Assembly: GCA_030295235.1 (NCBI GenBank)
Contig: AP026137.1
Coordinates: 1-64,000 of the forward strand
Length of the DNA: 64,000 nt
Direction: 5' to 3'
Source of the DNA: Fistulifera solaris
Lineage: Eukaryota
The notes under the pieces are model-generated. The model was not told the origin of the DNA. It saw nothing but the letters and a program-made list of their open reading frames with translations, and did no database searches. Positions 12,667 to 25,665 of this stretch are shown piece after piece (positions within the stretch are counted from its first letter, which is position 1; every line of letters begins with the position of its first letter). The translations under genes and the position numbers were made by a program.

Positions 12667-13010
12667 TTTCTAACAATACTCTCACAATCATGCAGAATTT
12701 TTGAGATTTCCAGGACATGTAACAATTACGGAGTATTTCATTCTTTTAATTGCCTTGCGTTGCATTGTGTTGCAAAGCAAAATCGTCCGTGCTACGTACC
12801 TGGTACCTGGTACTCGGCGCGACAGAGAAATCTTTCCTTCGCGATAATGCGTGTAATGATAATTCGTGATTAAAATACAGTCGTGATAAAAGGTTTTCTA
12901 CACTTTGAGTCATAGTAAACCGACGAAAAACTATTTCAACGGATTTTTGTTATCATGGTTAGTGCCTGCACTGCAAATGCTAATCGAAATAATAGGTAAA
13001 TAGAACTAGA

Positions 13011-14712
13011 CTAAAGATATTGCGACGGAGCATCACCTTCTACATTGTGGGCTGCCCTTTTTGCTTCACGTGGTGACAGAACTGGACCTTTATGCTTTTG
13101 AACTTGGAACATCAGAGGCGCATCCTTCCAAACAGACATCTTGCATCCATTCACACAACACATCCGTATGATCCGACATTAGCACCCCCGTGATACTGAA
13201 AGTTTGCGAGTGCCCGCGCTGTTAACGCCTTTGCTAGAATTACGGGCCGCAATGATGTAGACTCCTCTTTCAGCAACCATGCAGAACCCCTGAAGACTTG
13301 ATTCAGCATAAGTAGCTTGCCAATTCGGGGGTCCATTTGAAAGATATTTGCAGGAACTATTAATGACTTGAAGATTTCGCTTATGCGACAGCGCCTGTTC
13401 CAGCCAGGAAAGCTTTGGGTCCTCCTCAGGGTAACGATTCATGATCAACAAAAAAAGTTTGCTGTGCTCTTCCGTTGCTTCAAAGATTTCTTTCAAATGA
13501 AAACCCCAACCAAAAGGGAAATCCGAGTCTTGTAAATCGAGTATGCGTAGGTTTGGATTGGCGCTGGATGGCACGTAGTAATGCTTGGCGCAACCAGTTC
13601 TACCTTGTCATCCTCATACGGCTCAACACATTCATGGCTATCCCTGTGGCAAACCGACAACCCTAGTCTCTCGAAACAACCCAATTCGGCTACGCGATTC
13701 AAAAAGGAAACTAAAATTTAGTCCCACTCTTTCACGCCGTCCAGATAAAGCCTAAAGTTGAGTTTCTTTGTTCCAATTTCCAATGAATCAAAGCTGTTTG
13801 GCAGAAGAGGATTGCCGTGAGTCGTGGTATTCTAAGAAGTCAACTTTGGCAGCAAACGGATCAAGGATACATTCTTCATCCAGAAACTTAATTGTGAGAT
13901 CATCCAAAGTCTCCAGCTTACAAAGCCGTTTTGAGATTAGAGCGATCCAACGGCGCCTCATTACCGTCCCGGATAAATGGTCAGCGAACCAAAGGACGAC
14001 TCTCGCTTTTCCAGTGCGTCAACAAACGCTTTTCCTTCTCGTCCTGAAAAGCAAATTCGCGGGAGAGACTCAAATCTAAAGAATAAGGGTGTGTCGCCAT
14101 AATCGCCGATTGTTCGGGAGTCCAGGGTCCTCCCTGAAGCTCAATATATTGCTTCGGGTTATTGTCGAAAATGAGAGCGAAGTTGGTCAGGTCGGAAGGC
14201 CGCGAAAGGCGAACTCATGTTCCTTCGTGATATTCTTCGGTGTCAGAATCATATCTGTCAATTATTTCGCTATCAAAGATTAAGAGACTCGAGCGAGGTT
14301 TTCCTTCTGCTGGAGGCGTATTCAGAGAACAGAAATAGGTAACTGTCTTGGCGATATTCTCATCCTTCCAACCGTAAACAGTGCAATGAAGTACGTGAAT
14401 TCGGTCAGGATTCTCAATTGAAGCAAACACGCTTCGCGTTGTATGAATACTTCGCGAGCTCTCGTTTTTCACCGTGTTCATCGTCTGGCTTGTCGTATAA
14501 GCAATGACACATACAAATGATCGTGTCATTTTCATGTTCAATAACAAGATCGGGATATTTCTTCCACTCGAATTCGCCGAGACTAATCGGATCTCTTTGC
14601 AATCTGAAACATTGAAATTTCTGCGAGTACGCTGCAAGGGGTATTGCGCATGGTATTTTTCCTTCAATGTAACCTTGTGCACGCGTTTCATCATACTCTT
14701 CTTTCCTGCCAT
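13011..14712 (-). pseudogene. Array family copy 6, multiply frameshifted
   Basis: VYGWKDENIAKTVTYFCSL, NRVAELGCFERL, NPNLRILDL and a C-terminal tail, in several frames. Confidence 0.8.
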
Positions 14713-15087
14713 TGTAAATTGAGTGCTATTTGTGATGTGTACGAGACAAGAAATGCTAATGAAATGCTGCAGCACTCAATTGCAATGAAGGAACACGGCG
14801 AACACGAAAGCAATGCGTGAAATAATAAAAAATGACAACGGTCGTCCACTTCTCGCTCTTTCTCGATTGATTGCGCTTTGCGCTTGAAAAAATCATGTCT
14901 TAGCGGCATGTTCTTTTGCACAAAGACATATCCGTGGAGCTTCTCACGGTACTCAACAAATTTACTATGGGGTAAAGTGTGTTGGAAGTTGCGAGTCTGA
15001 AACGATCTCTAACCATAGTGAAGATGAGAATGATAAAACTGACACAAGAAAGAACAGGCGTGCCGATGAGAAAATTAGTAAAACGGT

Positions 15088-15588
15088 AACATGGGCCGCA
15101 CAGGAGTAAGTAGAACCCTGGGATGGAGATATGTCTGTTTTCAACCGTTGATAGTTTCACCGTTTCACCGCTTAAACCAACGTTTGTCCGTCGTCAGACC
15201 CTTTTGCGCTGCTGCTGCGAAATTTTCACCGCGTAACAGCACGACAAAAGGCTGACCTTAGTGGGCCTACCTTAATACGAAAGTATGGTCCGACCCTTGG
15301 CCGTGATACTAAATTGTTTTAAAATATTAAGAAAAAAAGATTTGCAATGACGGCCAAAGGTCGGACCATACTTTGATTATGTTGTTGACATGCAAAGATC
15401 GATCATTTTGCCGTGATAATTACACGGTGCAGAATTTTCAAAGATCGATATTCGACCCATTTTGACCGATGTCGCACTATGTACAGTGACAGATAAGCTC
15501 AAAATACGAGGCGATCGCGTAAAAAACGGTCGAGAACAGACATATCTCCATCCCAGGGTTTCTACTTACTCCTTTGTGGGCCGACGTT
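15088..15588. mobile_element. Foldback/MITE-like element (~500 bp imperfect palindrome)
   Basis: Outer ~60-bp inverted repeats at about 15088-15148 and 15526-15588. Inner inverted repeat at 15280-15304 / 15350-15374 (24 of 25 nt). AT-rich centre, no ORF, no clear target-site duplication. Confidence 0.7.
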
Positions 15589-16211
15589 GTTCGGTGGTTT
15601 CAAGCTCATTCTCTTGAAACAATCCAGTTAATAGACGGAAGTTTTATTTACTCTCCTTTTGTTGACAAGTTATTGTATCGAAGTTCGCCCCTACATAAGC
15701 TGATTGCTGCGTAGTGATTGTTTTGGTTCACGGATAAAGTTCGTGAATCGCCTAAGTAGAATTTGCATTTTCTAACAAAGTGTTGGATAACTTTACCGCG
15801 ACTGTATTTCAGTCATGAATAGATCCTTTCCGAGCCACAAAACTATAATAATAGTCTAAAGGATCTACTAAATTTCAATCAAAGAAGGTTAAGGTCCTTT
15901 CTGCCCCCCAACTCTTCAAGTTTGAAATTGATATTCCTGCCAGAGAGTCACTTCGCTTTGATTACTACACCGGCTACCTCGACTTTCTTTCTCGCACAAC
16001 GACGCAATGGATGACTGCAAAAAGCCGGTCGGAATAAGGCGCGACCAGGCTACAGTTTCAAAAATTTCCTCATGATTTCGCATGCATATTTATTTCTTAT
16101 TTTACATAGTTATCGTGTACAGCAAAGCATCGAGTTTATCTCATATGGACATATGATCATAGAACTGCTTGTTCACGTTTAATAAAATGTCAGCTGGCAT
16201 ACGTCGCAACT

Positions 16212-17514
16212 TTACTGCTGTCTTTTGCGTTTTGGGCGGTTGGTTCCATTTTGAGAAGCAGCATAAGCCGTCCCATCCATTTCCGCGACCACCGATCCTG
16301 CAGCATCAACATGGCTATCAGCACCTACAAAAGCACCGTCAAGAAGCTCGCAAAGCATGTCGGTGTGAAATCCCATTAGCTGCGCTGGAGTTGCGGAAAT
16401 CTGCCAAGCGCAATCTATCAAGGCCGTTGCTACCAGCAACGGTCGAACAGATGTAGGCTTTTTCGCAATCTTTGTAAATCGGGTATAGAAGTAGTTTCGT
16501 ATAGATCTCGTCGATGGTGGTCCCATTTGTGATCCTGTTGTCATGAAAACCCAGAATGACGAGGGTTGCGGTTTCAGTAAGAGCAACCGCTCCAGCATAG
16601 AATACTACGGTTGACAAAGCCTTTCAAATTCAACATTTTGGTTAGGAGTATAATACACAGGAGGAAACGGATACAACCTTACTGTGTGTAGTCTTCCGTG
16701 TTCTTCGATTGCCTGAAGCAACTCCTCCACTTGGGATTCCAACGAGAATAACAAAGTGGACAGATTCAAATTCAAATGAGTTAGTGCAGGGTTGCTGTTG
16801 ATTGCTCTGATGAGTGCCTGCACAATAGATGCCCCCCGCTGAGGAGTCTTCTCGCCAAGAGTATCGAGCTACGGATATCCCCAATCTCTTTAAATGCCCC
16901 AATTGCGTCACCCTGTTGCAGAACGAAATCAGTAGCGCCTCTAGACGATCCGACGAATCCACCTGGAACCTGATGCTGAGATCTTTCATGGGAACGTTTA
17001 GGGTGTCAAAATCGTTTGGCTTAGTCCAGTTCGCATGCACCTGGTAGTCTAGTGCATTCGCCTTGGTGGAGAAGGGAAGAAACAAGTCTTCTGGGTAAAG
17101 TAAACCAATTGTAAGCTTGTTGAACATGTCCTCATGGTTGATGATCCGTTCGAGGTTAGTACGGCTTAAAGACATCTTATCGAAGCTATCGTCAGCCCAC
17201 AGCGAGAGACCCAAATCGCGACTGGCGTGTCTGTAAATGGTTCAGGAACTGAGTGCCATCATCTTTAGGACCGATACCAGTCCAGCCTGGACGCGCTTTA
17301 CCGAATTTCAAATTCAGAGGAATTGGTTGCGTCGCCAAAATCCTGGCTTGCTCCGGACTCCAGCTACCAATTTCGAGCTCCACTTGCCGCCTTCGGGTTG
17401 GACTACAGTATCCGATTTAGCTGATCCTCTCGGACGGCAGCGAAATCAACAATGAATGGAAGATTGTGCTCATCATCTAGCAAACACTTGTTGAATCGCA
17501 AAGATGCTTCGCAA
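16212..17514 (-). pseudogene. Array family copy 7, 5'-truncated and fused to copy 8
   Basis: ELEIGSWSPEQARILATQP, NRVTQLGHLKRL, tail NRPKRKRQQ*. The N-terminal part is missing. Confidence 0.85.
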
Positions 17515-19079
17515 TGTCAGTGTGAAATGCCATCAATCGCGCGGTGTATTGAAAATCTGACGGCGCGCATTCTGTCAGCGCCGTTGCTAGCAGCGATGGT
17601 CGCACAGATGTAGGCTCCTCCACTATCTTAGTGAATCGTGTATAGATGTAGTTCTTCACATAAATCTCGTCAATATTGGTCCCATTTGTGATCTTTCTAC
17701 CCAAAAAATCGAAAACCGAAGGAGCTTATTGCGATCGGAGCAAACGCCTCCAGCATCGAATAGTAAGGTTGACTCAACCTTTTGATTTCGTCATCATGGT
17801 TGCGGAAATGATTCACAGGGGGAAATTGGTCCAATTCAAGTACCCGTAGTGCTTTGAGTTCTTCAATGGCCTGAAGCAGCTCCTCTACGTTAGAACCCAG
17901 CACGAAAAAGAAAGAAGACATGTACAGTTGCAAACGTCTCAAATGCGGGTTGCCTTTGATTGCTCTGATTATCGCTTGCAAGAGATTTGTTGCCGTTGCC
18001 GCGTCCATTCGCTGCAACTCACGCTCTACTGATATCCCCAATCCTTCAAAATGTCCTAACTGCGTGAACGCGATTGCAAAATGAAATCAGTAACTCCCTC
18101 GCGAACGGTCCGAATTGCCTAATTGAAAGGTAAGGCTGAGGTCTCTCACAGAAATGTTCAGTGCGTCAAAATCATTTGGCCTTATCCAGTTGGCATGAAC
18201 CTGGTAGTCTAGTGCATCTGCTTTGGTGGAGAACGGAAAAACATGTATTCACTATTGAGCAACCCAATTGTCAGCTTATCGAACACTTCCTTCAGGTTGA
18301 TGATCCGCTCAAAGTTATCACGGCTCAACGACATACTGCTGAATTGAATGCCGCCCCACGGCGAAAGACCCAAAGCGTGATTGCCGTGTTTCCAGATGAT
18401 TGATGAACTCGGTACCATCATCTTTAGCACTCACACCGGTCCAGCCGCTACGCCTTTTGCCAAATTTCAAATTTAAGGAAAAGGGTTGTGTCGCTAGAAT
18501 CTTGGCCTGCTCTGGACTCCAACTACCCAGTTCAAGTTCTAATTGTCGACTAGGATTCAACAATAGAATGCGAACTAGCTGATCCTCCCGGAGAGAAGCA
18601 AAATCGACGATGAATGGAAGACTTTCTTCGTCATCCCGACAAGCACCTGCTGAATTGCAAAGACGCTCGCACATGTTTCGGCTGCTTGAGCGAGCAGAAG
18701 AAAGTCGCCGCCTCTAGAATGGCCTCATCCGTTGCAACCGGAAATCAAAAAGTCCAGATAAAAGAAGTTTACGCAAATCGGAAAAAGCAAACGCTCGCTT
18801 CGCTGACGGAGCACGCCTCGATAATCATCAGTCACAAACACAAACGTTCCATTTTCACGCCATATTGTCATATCCATATCTTCCGGATCCCAGTACTCTC
18901 GCCAGTCGATCTCTCCTAAGTTGCTTGGCTCTCGAGTAAAGACGTGAATGGGCCCGTGGCTTTCTCCGAGTAATTCTACAGCGAGCTCCTTTTGTCGCCT
19001 CAGAAAGTTCCTCATCAGGAATGAGAACTAACAGAGGTTCCCCCTCTTTCTGCGCCTCGTTTACTCGCTGCTCCTCCAT
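17515..19079 (-). pseudogene. Array family copy 8, frameshifted, tail lost
   Basis: MEEQRV..PLLVLIPDEELS, IWRENGT, ILATQPFSL. Ends at FQYTARLMAFHTD, where copy 7 sequence begins. Confidence 0.85.
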
Positions 19080-19431
19080 TTCAGCTGAATCTTATTCGTT
19101 TGTGATAAATATATCGTGCTTTTTGACCAGGTAGGGGTCGCGAGAGTATTTTATTACGGAGTATTGATAAAGAAGCAAAACAAGCAACCATATCGCCTCT
19201 GCTTTTAGCTGAGAACGGTGAGACAATTTAATTGCACTCTACATAAAAAAAATCGGTATTCAAATTCTTGTTCGGTACTACTTTTTGCATACTTAGACGC
19301 ATCGAGTATCGTAGTGGTTTTGGTCTATGTCAAATAATACGAATACTCCGTAATAGTTTGTCGTAGTATTACGGGAAGAAATCGCAAATGAGAAACGAGG
19401 CAAGTAGAGGAAGAGTAGCACCAACATTGTC

Positions 19432-20984
19432 CTAGATTAAACTGGCAGCCATTTCGCATAGCACATCTGTGTGATGCGACAAGAGTAATCCAGTGTATTG
19501 AATGTTTGCTGAAGCGCTTTTCATTAGCGCCGCTCGAAATAGCAGAAATCGCAAATCCGTACATTTCTTCGTAAGTTTTGTCGATCCGTTGTAAAAAGAA
19601 TTCAACACGTAAAGTTTGTCAATGGTGGTCCGATTCGTGACCTTCTGGTCCCAGCCATTATAGACAACGACGTTTCGGTTACGGCAGAGCAACTCCTCAA
19701 CCAAGCAATAATACGGTTGACACGCTAGCTCATATCGATACCCATCTTCGGCCGGCATCAAGATCAAGCACAGGTGGAAAGATACTCAAATCAAGCGTTT
19801 CTAGCCTTTCCAGCTTGCCGATGGCATGGAAAATTTCTTTGGATCTAGAAACGGAAATAAAAAGAGATTCCGAGTTGTACAAATCCAGACGAGTCAATCG
19901 AGAATTGCCGTTGAGGGCACCAATTAATGCCTGCGCAACGGCTGCAGGGTCCTCAAGTTCTATGCGATAAAAGCCATTATGTGTCAACGTGATACCTAGA
20001 CTCTCAAATTGACCCAGCTGAGCCACTCGATTGAAAATCGAAACAAGTAGCCCATCTATTTCAACTTCTTCGTCGAGACGTAATGTCAGCGATAAATCCT
20101 TCGTTGCTATGTTTAACAAAGCGAAGTCATCGGAGTCAATAAGGTCGGCGTGGAGCGAATACTGCAAAGCTTTTACTTTTGCGGCAAATGCAACAAGTAC
20201 GGAATCCGCATCCACATACCGAATAGTAAGTCTATCAAAGACTTCCAGATTCACGAGACGTTCTAGATTGAAGCGACTGATGACCATATCCTCATCAGAA
20301 TACCACAAAATAGAAAGGGAGCCGAACAATGACTGTTGCTGCACGAGAGCATCAATGAAAGCCGTGCCGTCATCGTGAGCACTGTCGACCTCACTTCCAT
20401 CTCCGTTCACCAGCACCAGATCTAAGGGATAGGGTCGAGTCGCTAGAATTATCGCCTGTTCGGCACTCCACGCTCCAATTTCGAGCTGTAATTGGCGGGT
20501 TGGATTTGCATCCAAGATCCGTCAGTTGCTCTACGGAGAATCGCAAAATCGAAATTTCGCTGACCCTCTGCTGCAGAAGAGAGAGCATAATGAATGCGAA
20601 GTGCTGCTCTCTTTCGTGTTTGATCCTTGAGAGACCAAAACCACGTAGCTGTCTCGGCGACCGCCGTATCTGTTTTGCCGTGAAATCACACAATCCGGAT
20701 TACATTCTTCACCGAACATGAAAAAGACGTTTCGTTCCTTCTTAAAAAGGGGATTTCCAGCATCAATATATAAACAAATAAGTGTTTCATTGTCACGCCA
20801 AATGGTAACACAAGTCACTCCTTTCATATCAATTTCGTTCAAATGGGTCGGATCCTTACGGAATCGATAAAGACGCACAGGCCGATCGAGGAACTCACTC
20901 GCGAACTCTTCTTTGTCTCGACGTAAGACTCTCTTCAGGAATGTGCTCCAGAAGGCTCTTATGACTAGGAAGAAGCGACTCCAT
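19432..20984 (-). pseudogene. Array family copy 9, frameshifted
   Basis: MESLLPSHKSLLEHIPEE start. ORFs 20531..21076, 19730..20515 and 19432..19767 carry consecutive family motifs. Confidence 0.85.
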
Positions 20985-21743
20985 GAGGAAGCTTTATTTC
21001 TTTCGTTATTCGATAAACAAGACGGGCGGTGGATTGCAACAGCATAACTGCAGCGAATGTGCCGCCGTCTTAGCAATAAAGGCTTCTCTCAACGCGCTAC
21101 GAACGCAAATTGCCTTGACCTAATAGACAGATATCAATAAATAATAGATAAATACCAGGTAGGATACCGGAAGAGCGAAATTTACTTTTGTTGTAGCACA
21201 ACAAAAGTCCAGCAAACCTCGCAACGAGAAGGTTCAACGAGTTCGTGAATTAACTTTATTCCAGTCCCGGACAAAGTCCATCAAACTATGACGCATGCTG
21301 AAAATAATCTAGGGCGATTATTTTACGCGCAAAACTTGCCCTTTAGAGTGTTACTTTCTCTATTGTTTAATGATGGGGGACTCTCTTAGTCCAGGCTTTC
21401 GAGATCTCCGGATGTATGCTGCATGGAAGTGTAACTATACAACGTTTATACAAACAACGATCTGAATCAGAAAAACTGAATAGGTAGCCCATTGTGCGAT
21501 CACTCGGCCAACACCTTTCCAGGTATCCCAAAACGAATAGTACACAAAAATAGAATGAGAAGCTACTGTTATCAACGATTAAATCACAGCTACAAACCTA
21601 GGAGGAGCCTGCAAAGTCGGGATCTAGGTGTTTATCATGGTAAAGCTACAAACGAAAATAATGACGAGCTACAACTTCAACGTTAATTTGATGTTAACAA
21701 ATACGGAGTGAGGGAGACTTATCATATGCTTTTGTCCCATATC

Positions 21744-23415
21744 TTACTGTTCTCTTTTCCGCTTCAAACCATCACTATTAATAGCTGGAGCATCGGAGAC
21801 ACAAAAATCGGGTTCCTCTGATGATTCGAGGCCTGCAGGAGAAGTCCTTTCCTCATCTAGGCTCAAATCAGCCAACAGCTCGCACAACATGTCGGTGTGA
21901 TTTGAAAGTAAGAGCCCAATGTATTGGTAGTTTGACCATGCACTTTCTGTCAGAGCCGGTCCTAACAGTAGTCGTCGTGATTTTCCCGATTCTTCAATAA
22001 GCCTCGCCGATCCATTCAAGAAGTTATTTAGAGCGTAAATCTTTTCAATGCTGGTACCATTGGATATCTTCTTGCCCCAGCGATCGAGAACGACAATGTC
22101 GCGCCTTAGAGAGAGTAGCCGTTCCAGAGCGGAATAGTAAGGTTGACATTGACTGTGAAAATCGTCATCACTTGCGGCCTCAAATTCGTAGACTGGAGGA
22201 TAGGTATGTAAGTTGATTGTACGCAATCCTTTGTGCTCGGTCACGGCATGGAATATTGTCTCCACGTGAGATATCTCATAGAAGAGAAAATCCATATTGC
22301 ACAACTTTAAATGGGTCAACTTTGGGTTGTTGTTGATTGCGACAATCAAAGCCTGCATAATTTCTGTTTCATCCAGCCTCAAGTAGTGATCAAGCGAAAT
22401 CCCCATTGTTTCAAAATGACCTAGCTGGGCCACTCGATGTAAAACTGCAACGAGTATCTATCCCATAATGTCCATATCTCTCTCAAAGAACGTCAAATCA
22501 AGTTTCGTCGTCACTATTTCAAGCGATTCAAAATCACTAGGCTCGACGTATTGCGCGTTGATCTTATAATCCAACTCATGCGCTTTGGCGGCGAACGGAA
22601 CTAAGACACTTTCCTGCCTGGGATAAGCAACCGCAAGCTTATCAAATATCGTGAGTTTTGCAAGCCGATCTAGGTTGATTGAGCTGATTGAGAAAAACCC
22701 ATTCGAATGTAAGGTGTCGACATCCAAGAGAAGAGAACCAAATGTAGATTGTCGTTGTTCGAGAGCATCAATGAAAATCGTGCCATCATCTTTGTCTTCC
22801 TCGCTCATGTACATATGCTCATAGTTAATGGTCAATTTCAAAGGAAAAGGCCGTGTCGCCAAAATTCTGGCTTGCTCCGACGTCCAGGTTGCGACTTGAA
22901 GCTGTAGCATGCGCGTCGGATTCGACTCCAAGATGCGAATCAACTGTTCCGGACCAATTGCTGCAAAATCAAACTCTCGACTTTCTTCCATTCCACTGTA
23001 AACTGCAACACTATTGACGTGAAGTGCGGTTTTCACGTCTTTCGGAACTTTGAGTGACCACAACCAGGTGGCCGTTTCGGCAACCGCTGCATCCTCTTTG
23101 CCGTAAATTGCGTCGTATAGCAGTGTATCGCCGTTATAAATATGAAAGGAAATACATCGTTTCTTCGGAGTAAGGTACAACGCCAGTCCACGCTTCAAAC
23201 AGATGATCGTTTCATTGTCGCACAAAATCGAAAGAAAGTCATTTTGTCCTTCATAAATTTCACTCAAATGGTCCGGCTCACGAAGAATGGTGTAAAGGTC
23301 TACTGGTTCGGTGAGCAGTTCAGCTCGGAGTCGTTTTTGCATCGATGTGAGCTGTTTCTCAGGGCTCAGGGATGAGACTTAACACATTTTCGGTGTTCAT
23401 TCGCTGCGGCTGCAT
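21744..23415 (-). pseudogene. Array family copy 10, with a 7-bp duplication and an in-frame premature stop
   Basis: ORFs 22458..23342 and 21744..22433 share one frame, separated by a TAG. CTCAGGG is duplicated at 23358-23371. Close paralogue of copy 11. Confidence 0.88.
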
Positions 23416-24048
23416 TATGTGAGATTGCCTGTCTGTCTACTAATGTTGCGGTTCAACACGAATGCTGACTGATACGGTAGTAGTTGATTGATTTGCGTAT
23501 CCAGCGACGGCAACAAAAAGAGGTCTTTTGATTAACAATGGTCTCTATCAGCGCGCTCTGAGCACCAAAACCACCGCAAAACTGTAGTCAAAAATTAACA
23601 ATTAGAATAAACAAGATGCCGGACGAACGATCGAGAAGGATCGTTATTCAACAGAATGATTGCCGGAAGCTTATAAATGAAAAAAATGAAGATTGCTGCT
23701 AAGGTTATCTGCGCTCTGCCGCCGCGTCGCAGCAACCAAGGTGCAGCAACCCGTCGCTTTCGGGCTTATTACAAAGATAGCTTGGCGTATACTGTCTCAG
23801 CGCTACCACGACTACATTTCAGTCATGAGTGGATTAGGTTCTACGTCGTTCATGTTCAGTAACTTGCCTCTTTTCTTCTAGCCATTTTATCCAGCAGTTT
23901 AATAATGCATATTCCTGTAATCATAATTACGCCTTTTAATTTCTGTTTGGTGCGGCTGATAACGAAACCTTTACGACTTTAATTGAAGACGGATTTGATG
24001 CCGTATACGCAACACAATACAACGAGGCATATCAGAGGCATAAACGTG

Positions 24049-25665
24049 TCATTGCTCTTCTCTTTTGCGTTTCAAACGATCCGCTGCAGGACGAGAAACA
24101 TCAGAGGCGCTTGGAGTCGATCCTAATCTTCCACTTAACGCCCATTCTTCAGCCACAAATTCGATCAACATGTCGGTGTGATTTGAAAGTAAGAGCCCTG
24201 TGTATTGGTACTTTGACGATGCACCTTCTGTCAAAGCTAGTCCAACTAATAGTGATCGCATTTCTTCCGATTCCCTGATTAGCCCCGCCGATCCATGAAA
24301 GAACTTATTCAAAGCATAAATTTTGTCAATGGTGGTTCCATTGGTTATCAATTTGTCCCCAAAACCGAGAACGGTAAGGTTGCGGTTGCGCGAAAGCAAT
24401 CGCTCCAGCGCAGAATAGTACGGTTGAGACTGGATATTGTACTCCTCACTTCCGGGAAGAGCATCAACTTCTGGATAGCTATCCAAGTTGATGGAACGCA
24501 GTCCGGCGTGCTCGCTCAAAGCATGAAAAACCCTCTCCAAATGTGAGTCTTCGTAAAAGAGAAAATCCATTTCGCCTAACTTCAGATACTTCAACCCTGG
24601 GTTGTTGTTGATTGCGGCAATCAAAGCTTGTACTGCTGTTTCTGTGCCCATCGTCATCATGCGGTGCTGCAGTGTAATACCAAGGCTCTCGAAATATCCT
24701 AGCTGGGTCACTCGATGCAAGAAGGATATGAGTCGACTATCCATATTGTCGACATCGGGCATATATAACGTCAAATCAAGATTTTTCGTCACAATATCAA
24801 GCGAATCGAAGTCTCTGGGCCGCACATATTCCGCTCTGACTTGCAAATGAATTTCACCCGCTGTAGCAGAGAACGGAACAAGGGCACTTTCTTCGTTCGG
24901 AAACAAAATCGTAAGGTTATCAAATAGCTCGAGTCGGGCGAGCCGTTCCATTTTAACGCGGCTCAACGGGATGGCACGGGCCTGGCTGCCGTGAAGGCAA
25001 AGTGAACCAAAAATTGTTTGTCGCTGCTCCAAAGCATTCAAAAAAGCCGTACCGTCATCTGTGATTGGTTCGGTCAGAAACCCATAAACAAATTCCAAGT
25101 TTAGAGTACAAGGTCGTGTCGCCATAATCACGGCCTGTTCCGGACTAAACGTGCCGACTTCAAGCCAAAGTTTTCGTTGCGGATTTGACTCCAGGATTCG
25201 AGAGAGTTGATCAGGTCGCAGTACTGTAAAGTCAAAATTGCGACTCGGCATACCGTAGACATTAGGAAACGTATTGTTTACGTGAAGGGCTGCCCTTTTA
25301 GTTTCCGCATGCTTCAGCGACCAGAACCAGGTCGCGGTTTCCGCAATCGCTACATCCGTTTTGCCGTAAATAGCACAATTAAGGGGAAACTTTTCGAGCC
25401 AAAGAGTGAAGAAGATGGCTCGCCTTTCGGTGGAAAGAGGCCGCGTCCGACCCACAAAGATGATCGTTCTATTCGTTCGCAGAATCATAATACCGGAATT
25501 CGCTTCCACTTCGATTTCATTCAAATGACTCGGATCCTGACGGAATCTGTAGAGTTCAAGGGGTTTTCCAAACAATTCATGTCGGAGTCTCTGCTGCCTC
25601 CGCGTCAGCTGTTCTCCAGGGATGAGCTCCCAAAGAGACTCATTGCTGATTTGCTGCGACTCCAT
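24049..25665 (-). CDS. Array family copy 11, intact, 538 aa uncharacterised LRR/RNI-like protein
   Basis: Uninterrupted ATG-to-stop ORF containing all family motifs. Tail DRLKRKREEQ. Confidence 0.92.
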   Translation of the reverse strand: MESQQISNESLWELIPGEQLTRRQQRLRHELFGKPLELYRFRQDPSHLNEIEVEANSGIMILRTNRTIIFVGRTRPLSTERRAIFFTLWLEKFPLNCAIYGKTDVAIAETATWFWSLKHAETKRAALHVNNTFPNVYGMPSRNFDFTVLRPDQLSRILESNPQRKLWLEVGTFSPEQAVIMATRPCTLNLEFVYGFLTEPITDDGTAFLNALEQRQTIFGSLCLHGSQARAIPLSRVKMERLARLELFDNLTILFPNEESALVPFSATAGEIHLQVRAEYVRPRDFDSLDIVTKNLDLTLYMPDVDNMDSRLISFLHRVTQLGYFESLGITLQHRMMTMGTETAVQALIAAINNNPGLKYLKLGEMDFLFYEDSHLERVFHALSEHAGLRSINLDSYPEVDALPGSEEYNIQSQPYYSALERLLSRNRNLTVLGFGDKLITNGTTIDKIYALNKFFHGSAGLIRESEEMRSLLVGLALTEGASSKYQYTGLLLSNHTDMLIEFVAEEWALSGRLGSTPSASDVSRPAADRLKRKREEQ

